Assembly (NCBI RefSeq): GCF_006345805.1
Contig: NC_043000.1
Location: 57,784,001 to 57,848,000 of the forward strand
DNA length: 64,000 bases
Direction: 5' to 3'
Source of the DNA: Octopus sinensis
Lineage: Eukaryota
In this document: positions 53,748-64,000 of the stretch, one piece after another
Layout: each line of letters begins with the position of its first letter
Numbering within the stretch: position 1 is the stretch's first letter
Made by a program: the position numbers and the translations under genes
The notes under the pieces: generated by a model
The model's input: only the letters and a program-made list of their open reading frames with translations
The model's database searches: none
What the model was told of the DNA's origin: nothing

Positions 53748-54816
53748 TCTTAATCATTGGGAAATATGCTAAGTTGCTTAATTGTGCTTACTATACTGGA
53801 TGACTGCATGACTAAGTTATTAGTCTAGCTTGTTCATATAAACATTTGCTACCTGCTTGCACACACACACACATGCACACACGCATGCACACCCACACCC
53901 ACGCCTGTACATCACTCACATCATAGTACTGAGATGAATGGATGAATATTGTATAGGACAACAGGCAAATAAGTTTTTGAGTTCAAATTAGTTACATATA
54001 CTTTGTTTCTTTTAGAGCAGAAAATTTTATTCTTCATTAGCTTATACCAGATTGAATGAGAATGTTACCTAAGAAATTAGTACTCTACCTTGGAAAACGG
54101 TAGTGAGAGGTTTATCTCTCACCTGGTTAATACCATGAAACTTGGGTTAAATGTAAAATCTTGAAATTACTTTTAGACTCTTATGGTTTTGCACTTACTT
54201 AGACCTTGTGTCAAAAACTTACAAGATACTCTGACTTCTATGAGCATGCATCTTGTAATGTGTGTGTACATATGTAAATATATAACTCTATGTGTGTGTA
54301 TAAATGGATTGTCATTCTTATTTGTACATGCAAACAAGGCAAAACATTAGGATCCAAGGGAACTAGTATCACTCTACATAAACCAAAACCAGTTCTGTAA
54401 CAAGTCAAAAACATTAGAAAGGCTTTGTCCAAAATACAAGGGGATGGTTCTTACCTGAAACATAGTTTTTTTACTAAAAATAGTAGCAGAAGGATTTTGC
54501 TTGAATATTAGTAGTAGGACCTTGCCTAAAATATAGCAGAATTGCTTAACTGAAACATTAAAAGAAAGGCTCTAGTTGAAAGGCTTCGGTTCTCTATTCA
54601 TGACATTCCTAATTATTCTCTTTTTTGGATTTTACTGTTCTTGCAGGTTTTGTTGTTCACATGATGTGTTTTGTGGTATATATTGTGTTAAGTGTGGCAT
54701 ATTTTCAATTTTTCTAGATGCACTAGTTGTGTAGCATGTTACAGCATGTATGTCAATAGCAGTTGGTAAGCTGAAGAAACACTAAAAGGGTAAGAGTGCC
54801 TTGAGGAAAAGCAACA

Positions 54817-54881
<65 letters not shown>

Positions 54882-55269
54882 AAATCAAATAAATGAACAT
54901 TAAAATTAACAAACAACAAGAGGACATGCACAAGGAATGTATTAGTTTGATGCTCAGTAAAAAAAGAGAGTTTTAATGCTTCAAGTATAACTCTTCATCA
55001 GAAAGGAAAAAGGGAAAAGTTCAAAGAAGGGTAAAACTATCACCCATAGAATGTGTGTAGTTACATTGCTGAAGTATATGTGTGTGTGTCTTTATATGTG
55101 TGCATCTATATTTATGTGTGTGCATGTATAAATATATATACCTAAACACACATAGTTTAACCTATATATTTATATATGTTTGAGTGTATAAATATATATA
55201 CCTAGACACATTCTTTAACCTTTCAATATATGGACATAAAGCCATTTTCTTCAATATTATTTACTCCTA

Positions 55270-55665
55270 AGTCAAGGAGTTTTGTTTTGCAAGTGGTGCA
55301 TGGGTGGTGGATGATCTGAATAAAGAAACGAACTCCAGCACTTCTCTATTGCCACCAGGTACAAACAGAGATTCCTTTACCACATTATCACTGGTGAAGA
55401 AAAACAGTGTCTTTACATAAATATGAAGCAGAAGAAAGAATGGCCAAGTCTAACAAGCAAGCAACACCTCAAGCTAAGCCAGAGTTGCATCTATGTAAGA
55501 CAATGATCTGCTTTTGAACTATAAAATGCTTGAAAACAACCACATGGTCAAAGTTCAGCAAATGTGCTGGAGACATGGGCATGTTTCTTCAGCATGACAA
55601 TCCATGCCCCCCATTTAGCTAATAGAAAAAAAATGCTATTTAAGAGCTCATTTGGGAATTTCAAC
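55270..55665 (+). mobile_element. Mariner transposase fragment, heavily deleted
   Basis: RFLYHIITGEEKQCLYINMKQKKEW...KQATPQAKPELHLCKTMIC and LQHDNP resemble the mariner FLxRIVTGDEKW / HPxKxM / HDNA motifs. Confidence 0.75.
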
Positions 55666-56699
55666 TGTACATTTCATATACTTCTGATATAACACCTTCA
55701 GATTTTCACAATTTGCAGGTTGCTCCTCAACAGTCTGTGAGCATTTTGTTCAACAATGACATACATGCCCTTCTTGATGTTAACCCTTACTTGTTTTTCA
55801 AATAAGGAATAACTTATTACACATGACTTTGAAAGCATGAAGAACCTGAATGATATTTTTGAAAGGGAAACTGACAACACTGCCCTCCACACTCTTGTAC
55901 AAGTAACTGCAGATATAAAACACACACAAAGCTTTGGTTGGTCCAGAGTTACAGCAAAAGATACATCCCCAAAGTACTGAACAGTGTATGTGTATGTGTG
56001 TGTGTAAAATTGGCCCCTGAATAGTTTCTCCACCCAAATTTCACTTACAAGCTTTCTTTAATCAGCTTAAGATTATGAGAGAAGACACAAACCAAAGGTA
56101 TCACAATGAGAGATTCAACCCAACACCAAATAAATGTGATGAAAATTTCTTTACCACACAAATCATATAATAATAATTCTTGGGACAAGGCCAGCTATTT
56201 TGAGGGGTGTGAGGTACATAGATGACATCAACCTCAGTACTTGACTGGTACTTTATTAACTCTAAAAAGATGAAAGGCAAAGTTAACCTTGGCATTATTT
56301 GAATTCAGAACATAAACAACCAGGAGAAATGCTGCTATGCATTTTCTCCAATTTGCTAACAATTCTGCTAATAACAATAATAATTTCATGATTTTATTCC
56401 CAATTCTCTATTGAGAAAACAGTCTGCCAAATAATTTAACGTTATTAATACACACATATAATGCAGCTGGCAGAGTTATTAGTATGCTGGGCAAAATGCT
56501 TAGCGGCATTTCATCCATCTTTATGCTCTGAGTTTAAATTCTGCCAAGGTTGGCTTTGCCTTTCATCCTTTCAGGGTTGATGAAATAAGAACCAGTTGAT
56601 CACTGGGCTACCTGAAATTGAGCCTCACTCACCCAAGATTGCTGGCTTTGCATGAAAATTTGGTGATATACCTTTCAAACCAAGTGAGACCGTAGTTGT

Positions 56700-56925
56700 G
56701 GTTGATACTGGTGTCAGGGCAATGGCACCTATGCCGGTAGCATGTAAAAAACACCCACTACACTCTTGGAGTGTAGGAAGGCATTAGGAAGGCATTAGGA
56801 AGGGCATTGTGAAATCAGTTTGGAACCTGGTGTAGCACCCTGACTTACCAGTCTTCAGTCAAATCATCCAACCCATGCCAGCATAGAAAGTGGACGTTAA
56901 ATGATGATGATGATGATGATGACAC
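56700..56925 (+). mobile_element. SINE or LINE-derived tail family ending in (ATG)n
   Basis: aacccatgccagcatagaaagtggacgttaaatgatgatgat; the same tail occurs at ~26580-26795. Confidence 0.65.
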
Positions 56926-57323
56926 ATGCATGCATGCACACACATATACACTATACTTTGAATAAGTCTTCCCATTATGCATGTAGCCTTTCAAAGAGCT
57001 TGTATGATACACAGTTAACTTATGAGGTGGGCTGTAGAAAAGTGTAATAACTAAAAGTTTTTGGGTTTCCTATCTCAGTTTCTTTTCACAGCATAATTGG
57101 CTAAGGTAGTATTATACATACTATTTAACTACCTAATATGAAATAGTTTTACTACTCTAGATAACGAGTTATCTCATAGCACTGACTTTTGCTATTTATT
57201 CCTTCAAGGTTAATAAAATAAAGTAACACTATTCTCCCAACTTTTGTATTTGATCAAAGGTACTCCAGCTCTGATCATTCTGTGATATTTTTTCAGACTT
57301 AATGTATCTATGGATATTGTGTG

Positions 57324-57367
<44 letters not shown>

Positions 57368-58130
57368 ATATACACACATATACATATATTCATATTACTA
57401 ATTTACACTAAGCAACAACTACCTACTGAGGACTTGTCCTTTGCTCTTGCTTTGGTCTTCCTTTCACAAGAATCTACCAAATGGATGATGAAGCATGTTC
57501 TGCTTCTCTTGCTGTTCATAAAGCACTACTCTACAGTCCTCCCTAAGTCCAATGCCAACCTGGTAGAGAAATGTGGATCTACCCACATACCCACAACATG
57601 CCACCTTTATAGGAAGTACTGTACACTGCCATTACATGATTCCTTAAATCTTTCATATTTTAGGCTTTCCTTCTTACATGCCCTCTTTAAATTGCCTTTC
57701 TATGATACCTTAAACTCAACAATCAGAGCCTTTTTTTATCATCAAGTTAGACTATGCCATAAAGTTACAGTATGACTTAGGAACACAAATGCTTCCTTCA
57801 AATTCATCAAGATCTTCTAATTGTTAGTACCATGTAGAAATTTGGGGTTTGATTTATACTTCTGTACAAAATAATAGAGTACAATTTGTTGATGATTATC
57901 AAAGCTTTTATACAATTGCAATGTTATTCTTGTGCATTAGCAAGGATATGCATTACTTGATAATGCCCACCAAGCATACTCTGCACAAGATGGTTTGCAT
58001 ACTGTCAAAATATGCCCCAGCAATGATTACTGGGAAGGTCACTTTAGCCCCACTGTCTTATGCTGGCTCTGGTGACATATTTTTGCCAGAAAGAATTGCC
58101 AGTTTTGAACAAATTTTTATATTTTTTAAA

Positions 58131-58520
58131 TTCTTTTATTGGTTTCAGTCATTTGACTGCACCCATGCTGGAGCACCACCTTTAGCTGAAGAAATTGACC
58201 CCATGATTATTCTTTGTAAGCCTAGTACATATTCTATTGGTCTCTTTTGCCAAACTGCTAAGTTATGGGGGACATAAACACACCAACATTGGTTGTCAAG
58301 CAATGGTGGGGGCACAAACACAGACACACAGACACACACAAACACACACACACAGACACACACATATATACAATGGGCTTCTTTCAGTTTCCATTTACCA
58401 AATCCACTCACGAAGCTTGGGTTGGCCCAAGGCTATAGTTGAAGACACTTGATATGCCACTCAGTAGAACTAAACCCAAGACCTCTTGGTTGAAGAGACC
58501 AACTTCTTAACCATACAGCC
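58131..58520 (-). mobile_element. Older full-length tRNA-derived SINE
   Basis: Colinear with the 22051 copy but more diverged. Confidence 0.85.
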
Positions 58521-59060
58521 ATATATTTGGACATGTGTTGTAATAGATAAGAAGATTATATATATATGCATGTGTACAGTTTGTAACAGACCATGCCTTT
58601 CTTTTGCTGGGCTCAAATCTCATTTGTGAACCCATGGAAAACGAGCCTCCACCAACTATTCTGTCTATATGTCTGTGCACACCTTTCAATACAATGTATG
58701 CCAGAAGATCTGCAAATCTAACAGAGACTTCAAAACATACGTGCCACTGGCAGAGGGGGCAGAATAGGCTGTCTAGGTGGCGCTGGCATCAGCCACATTC
58801 AGATGGTGCTTTGTATGTGCCACCAGCACAGGTATCACAACTACAATTTCTATTTGATTTTTATTTTGATGTTGATATACTTGACTCAATAGGTCTCCTT
58901 AAGCAGGTCGCCCTATGATCCAAGGTAAGCACAGCAGGTCATTTTACGATCCAAGGTACTTTGAATGGGCTGGGCTGGTTATGAGAATGTATGTATGTAT
59001 GTATGTTATACAAATGTGTGTGCGTGAGTGTGTGTGTGTGGGGGGGGGGGTGTATATATA

Positions 59061-59110
59061 CTAGCAGAGATACCCAGCCTTGCTCGGGATTAAAGTGGCA
59101 TAGATTTTTA
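59061..59110 (-). mobile_element. Isolated Helitron-type 3' end
   Basis: Minus strand reads cccgagcaaggctggg (hairpin), 8 nt, then CTAG|T. Confidence 0.6.
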
Positions 59111-59446
59111 TTGCTTTACTTGTTTCAGTCATGTGACTGCAGCCATGTTGGAGCACTGCTATTGGTCGAAAAACTCAACCAAAGGATTTATTCCTCATAA
59201 TCAATCCTAGTACTCATTCTGTCTGTATCTTTTACCAAACCACTAAGTTACAGGAATGTAAACACAGCGACATCAGTTGTCAAGCAATGGCGGGGGTACA
59301 AACACAAGACACAGGCACACACATACACAAATATACACATATATACAACAGTCTTCTTTCAGTTTCTGAGTATGAAATCCACTCACAAAGTTTTGGTTGG
59401 CCTGAGGCTATAATAAGCATATATGTATATATGCTTTCAGGCTTTA

Positions 59447-59819
59447 TTATATGGTGCCGTATTTTACAATCCTGTAAATAATAATAATAATGGTATTTTT
59501 ATATAAGCTTAATGCTTCTGCTGTTCACCGTGCAATGACTAAAGAAAACAGTCTAATAACTGGGCATATAAGCCCTCGACAGAAAAAAGAAGGCTTTGCC
59601 ATCCGTGTGGGCTGTAAACCCACATTCCTTTGTTAACATGACTAAGTGTGTTACCTTCACATGCAGATGGGAAAGCCTTCTTTTTTCTGTCGAGTGCTTA
59701 TATGCCCCGTTATTAGACTATTTTCTTTAGTCATTGCACAGTGAACAGCATAAACTTTAAGCTTATATAAAAATACCATTATTATTATTTACAGGATTGT
59801 AAAATACGGTGTCGTATAA
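59447..59819. repeat. Inverted repeat (arms ~155 bp, 62-bp spacer)
   Basis: 59447-59603 pairs with 59666-59819 (about 90% by eye). The spacer holds a small hairpin gtgtggg/cccacat. Confidence 0.95.
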
Positions 59820-59841
59820 CAAAACCATTTGCACCAAAAGC

Positions 59842-59874
<33 letters not shown>

Positions 59875-59881
59875 ATATATA

Positions 59882-60586
59882 CTAGCAGCTAAGCCCGGTT
59901 TCACCCAGTCTGTTTGAATGATGTGGCTGTGATCATTTTCGGTTAGGCATAATCTATAACAGCGTTTGTCAACCTTATCATTTCGGGTCCCCTGTTTTGA
60001 TTGGAGCCTCCTGCCTTGTCAGAAAACAGCTTCAGGAGTTGTGAAGAAAGAATTTGTACGTAGTCTGTTTCTGAGAGCTATTCTATTGGACCTCTGTCTA
60101 ATCATGAAAACATTGATTTAATTAAGAACATAGAAAGAAATTATACATTAATCCCTATTTTTGTAAGCAGTTGTATCTGTAAAAATTTTATTTGCAGAGA
60201 GCAGAAATTAAAAGAAGATATATGAAATGTATGTGTGTGTGCATGCGCATGTGTATGTGAGAAAGAAGAAGAGAGACAGCATAGCGAAAGTTTTGGCTGA
60301 CTGTCATCCTGTACTCCTCTTGTTGCTAGCGAAATGGTATATGTCGGCTGTGTGAGTAACAGATTGTTTTAATGGTGGAACAAACAGGGGAATTTCTTTA
60401 GAAAAAGTTTTAATCGATTTTCTCAGTAAGTAAGTGGGCTAGGGAAAAAATACAAACCGCATTCCAATGTATGCACCCGTCTGCACATGTGTGCCATTTT
60501 TCACGCGAATTCACCCAGCCGTTTGGCTGTGAACCTCAAGACAAGAAAGAATACAACGATCGCCCATGTCCAATTTATATTATAGA
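59882..60586 (-). mobile_element. Non-autonomous Helitron (705 bp)
   Basis: Minus strand: A|TCTATAATATAAA at 60586 ... hairpin CTGGGTGAAACCGGG (59894-59908), 8 nt, CTAG|T. AT insertion site, no TSD. Confidence 0.8.
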
Positions 60587-60645
60587 TATACACACACACA
60601 CATCTCTCTCTCTCTATATATATATATTTCCATATATATAGGTGG

Positions 60646-60679
<34 letters not shown>

Positions 60680-60702
60680 GCACACACACACATATATATA
60701 TA

Positions 60703-61517
60703 CCGGGTGACATGCCTGGTAATTCCCGGGTAAGCAGGCTTATCCCTTGGTTCCATTCTCATAATTGTTTCGCTAAGCCAGTAACACCAATTCAAAGTAT
60801 GTAGCCCTTAAAACGGTTTTTGTGTATTTATTGAGAATACCAAACTGTCTTACAAAGGATCTTATTTTTAGAAATTCTCAATAAGTTATGAATGCTCAAA
60901 TTGTGAAGTCAGTTATGTAATAACATGAAATTAATTACTCTATAGTAAGAATTAAAATAAAGTATCCCTGAAAAGGGCTTTAAAATGTTCCCAGAGTATA
61001 TAGAACATAGGAGGAAATACTAATAAGGTATGTATACTAAAATTGTGATACATGTTATGTAATAACAGGCTAATCAGATATGAGATAACAATTCAATGTA
61101 ATTAACTGTGAAAAAAGCTTTTGTGCATTCCCAGAGAATATTACCCTTAGAGTTGGTATATTCGTGAATAAGTCACTAATCGAAATACGTGGATCTATTG
61201 TTTAGGAGAATACTATTAACTTGTTTAAGCCTTGTACTGGATAAATTGAGAAAATAGCTAAAATAGTTCAAATACTAAGAAATAAGTGATTTTCCTTGGA
61301 AGCTTAAACTAATTATGTTGCTGTTCAACTGCACCCAAATGTTATTCTTCCCTCTGTTTACCTGAACATTTTTTCCAAATCAATTTATACTTAAAACCTC
61401 CCCAGACACATAAGCAATGTGCATGTGAAGTTTAAGAAAAATTGGCCAAGCTGTTTTGGCGCAAAATGAGGACATAACAATACACACACACACAGACATT
61501 TTCAGTTTTAATAAGTA

Positions 61518-61520
<3 letters not shown>
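60703..61520 (-). mobile_element. Second non-autonomous Helitron (818 bp) with variant 3' end
   Basis: Minus strand: A|TCTTACTTATTAAAAC, then (TG)n ... hairpin CCCGGGAATTACCAGG (60715-60730), 8 nt, CCGG|T instead of CTRR. Confidence 0.7.
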
Positions 61521-61552
<32 letters not shown>

Positions 61553-61556
<4 letters not shown>

Positions 61557-62217
61557 CAGACAAAATTAATAAAAGTCACAAAAGTGACAGAAGGTGCTAA
61601 CTAGCACCACTGTTTGCTAGAAATAAGAGTTCAAATAACTCAAAAGCAACAAAGCACTATCTTAACGACTGACAAAGGGAGGTAGAAGTTGATCTGACTA
61701 TATACGCTGAGGACTTACCTCCCTGCGTCAGTCATTAAGATAGCGCTTTGTGGCTTTTGAGTTGTTTTAACTCTTATTTTCAGCAATAGTGATGCTACTT
61801 AGTACTCTCTGTCACTTTTGTGACCTCTATTAATTTTGACTTTAGGTTCAAATTGCTAATAAGCCACCCATTTAATTTGCTTTTTTACACTTTTACTGTC
61901 TTGAAAATCAGTACATGTTTTCAATGATTTTTCTTATAAAACTGACACAGGTACTTGAGTTTAACCCCAGGCGTTAAGAGTCACTGATGAGGATTAAGAT
62001 GGTCTACATCAAAACCCAAAATCATTGATCTGACTATATACGCTGGGAACTTACCTCCCTTTGTCTGTCATTAAGTTCAGTGCTTTTGTGACTTTGAAGT
62101 TGTTTTAACTCTAATTCTTAGCAATAGTGGTGTTAGTCAGTACCCTCTGTCACTTTTGTAACCTCTATTAAATTTGCCTTTAGGTTCAAATTGCTAATAA
62201 GCCACCCATTTAATTTG
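61553..62217 (+). mobile_element. Non-coding repeat element: 1.6 direct copies of a ~336-bp unit plus an inverted partial copy, in (TA)n
   Basis: 61689-61879 repeats at 62025-62217. 61557-61685 is the reverse complement of ~61714-61850. (TA)n on both sides. Confidence 0.9.
61966..62047 (+). ncRNA. Type I hammerhead-ribozyme-like motif, probably inactivated in this copy (G12A)
   Basis: Stem I AGTCA/TGACT extended by CG/CG and CCCAG/CTGGG; core CTGATGA (61984-61990); stem II GGATT-AA-GATG-GTCTA-CATC-AA-AACCC; AAAA in place of GAAA; stem III ATCA-T-TGAT; triplet ATC with C17 = 62030. Confidence 0.7.
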
Positions 62218-62256
<39 letters not shown>

Positions 62257-64000
62257 ATATATATATGCACACACATATATATGAGAGAGAGAAGGGGGAA
62301 ATGAAAAAACAAAGAAGTGCATTTATAAAAGTAAAAATCTAATAAAACAAAACATTTAAAGCTTACTGAAGACGATGCTTTGAAGAAATAGAACATAGCC
62401 AGATCATTACCAGTGAATAAATAGTGATCATTCATGAAAAAAAAAAAGAAAGACAGTAAACCCTATATTATAAATATCAATAATTTATATGTTAATGTTG
62501 CTTTTCCCATCATTAGTATTTTTTCTAAAAATATACTCATCATTTGTGATTATTGTTGGAACTAAAATAGCTATTTTAGAATTTGCAACATGAATGAGTA
62601 ATTGGTAAAGTCTGAGATTAAAAAAAGAAAAAACAACATATTTCAAAAGAAGTTCTTGTTTATTGATTGAAAAGGAATTTCCAATTTTGTACTGTGATAA
62701 AGACACACAGACACACATCCTCAGCTTGGAATGTACATATATGGCACCTCATAGTAGTGGCTTTTCAGATGAAATATTATTATCTACTGCCATGTCCTAA
62801 AGTGCAACAGACCAAGAAATATCCTGAGGTATAATCTAAGCTTTAGCTTAAATATAAAAACAAATATTAGCAATGAGTTCCTAAATTTAATTTCTGGTTT
62901 TTACTTTCTAGCCAATCATCAATATCATATGACCTTTAGCAGAAACTAGGTTAAAGTTGGCTATTTTTTGTGTAAAATTTTTGCATGTTCAATTAGTTAA
63001 TTTCAGTTCAAAAAGATCAGTATTAATAATTCCGTACTCCTCCCATTGTATTACTCCAAATAGTTGTCCTCTCAATGGTAACTACTATTCAAAAACATTA
63101 ATTTATCATGCTAAAGTGCAACTAGACAATAAGCACAATATTTAAATCTTTCAGTGGGTTAACTTAAAAGGAAATTCAAGATTTGTTTTTATGGATGTAC
63201 CCATTTTTTAAAGCATGCAGAAAAGAGAATTTCAACAATTTTGTCTAGGTATATTTGGATTTTCAAAGAAACTAAAATTAAATGATTTCAAAGCACACTG
63301 TACTTTATAAACACAAACCCTTCATTCAAACTTGTAATGCACATGCATTAAATCATTGACCTGAATACTTCAACTTCTTACAGACATGTCTAAATACTTG
63401 TTTTGTAGTCACTTATCTTTTGGCACTATCTTTTGATATAATTCTCTTTCCCTTACATTAAAGATATAAATATCATATTTTACAAATTGATTGCCTTGCA
63501 TGTTTCAACTTTCATGCATATATACCTTTTTCTTCTAATTTCTTTCTAAATTTAAAAAATATTTCTTCCTTTCCTTCATGTTTCATCATTTCTGTTTACT
63601 TTCATTTTTACTTTTCCTTTTTTTGTATTCACTTTTCCTTATTACATTTGTATAGTTATTACATATCTTTTCACAGTTTGAGAAAAAATTATTATGTTCA
63701 ATATACATATTTATACATTTACACCAATTCTTTTTCTTTGTCTCTTCTCTTTTGGCTTTTTGGTCTCTTCCCAACCTGAAAACCATTCCTTTTCCATTTC
63801 TTTACTCCATTTGTACACACCAGTTATATGGTCAATAAATAAGATCCTTTTGTCTCAACCTTAGTCAATGAAAACTTGTGTAGGTATTTTAAATATCTTA
63901 CATAAGCATACACCCAATGGTTTTCTTTTCAAAAGGAATGTTGGCTTGTCCAGCTATCCAGTGGGGTGGCATCATTTGAAAGCCAATAGTCTGATTGTAA

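Noticed and set aside
57849-58277. 142-aa ORF, and an alternative frame QGYALLDNAHQAYSAQD
   Set aside because: The ORF runs into a SINE and has no recognisable domain; splice donors are weak.
45793-62828. Plus-strand exon candidates 45793-45844 (RWLLYWLLIVVFQTRCFM), 49881-49898, 54718-54765 (CTSCVACYSMYVNSS) and 62769-62828 (MKYYYLLPCPKVQQTKKYPE)
   Set aside because: Phases do not chain without invoking unseen exons, and no homology is recognised; they need RNA-seq.
1-64000. CRISPR arrays, rRNA, operon-like or prokaryotic features
   Set aside because: None seen; the repeats are microsatellites and eukaryotic transposons.

Overview
This is AT-rich eukaryotic DNA that reads as intronic or intergenic and is saturated with repeats. 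The SINE families and microsatellite load suggest a coleoid cephalopod (Octopus-like); this is inference from repeat types, with no database search. No intact protein-coding gene or structural RNA gene is recognisable. Every recognisable protein motif belongs to a decayed mobile element: two DD37D-type (maT) Tc1/mariner copies, a mariner fragment, a TIR-bounded Tigger/pogo copy, a Penelope-like element (RT + GIY-YIG), CR1-like and RTE LINE fragments, non-autonomous Helitrons, hAT MITEs and many tRNA-derived SINEs. The most interesting signals are: (i) a non-coding ~336-bp repeat element at 61.55-62.22 kb with a full-size type I hammerhead-ribozyme fold and an inverted end (retrozyme/Penelope-like); (ii) variant minimal hammerhead motifs in the Penelope terminal unit and in a solo copy of it; (iii) several long fold-back palindromes; (iv) an in-window SINE-LINE shared 3' tail; (v) weak, unconfirmed chains of small plus-strand exons that may belong to host genes.
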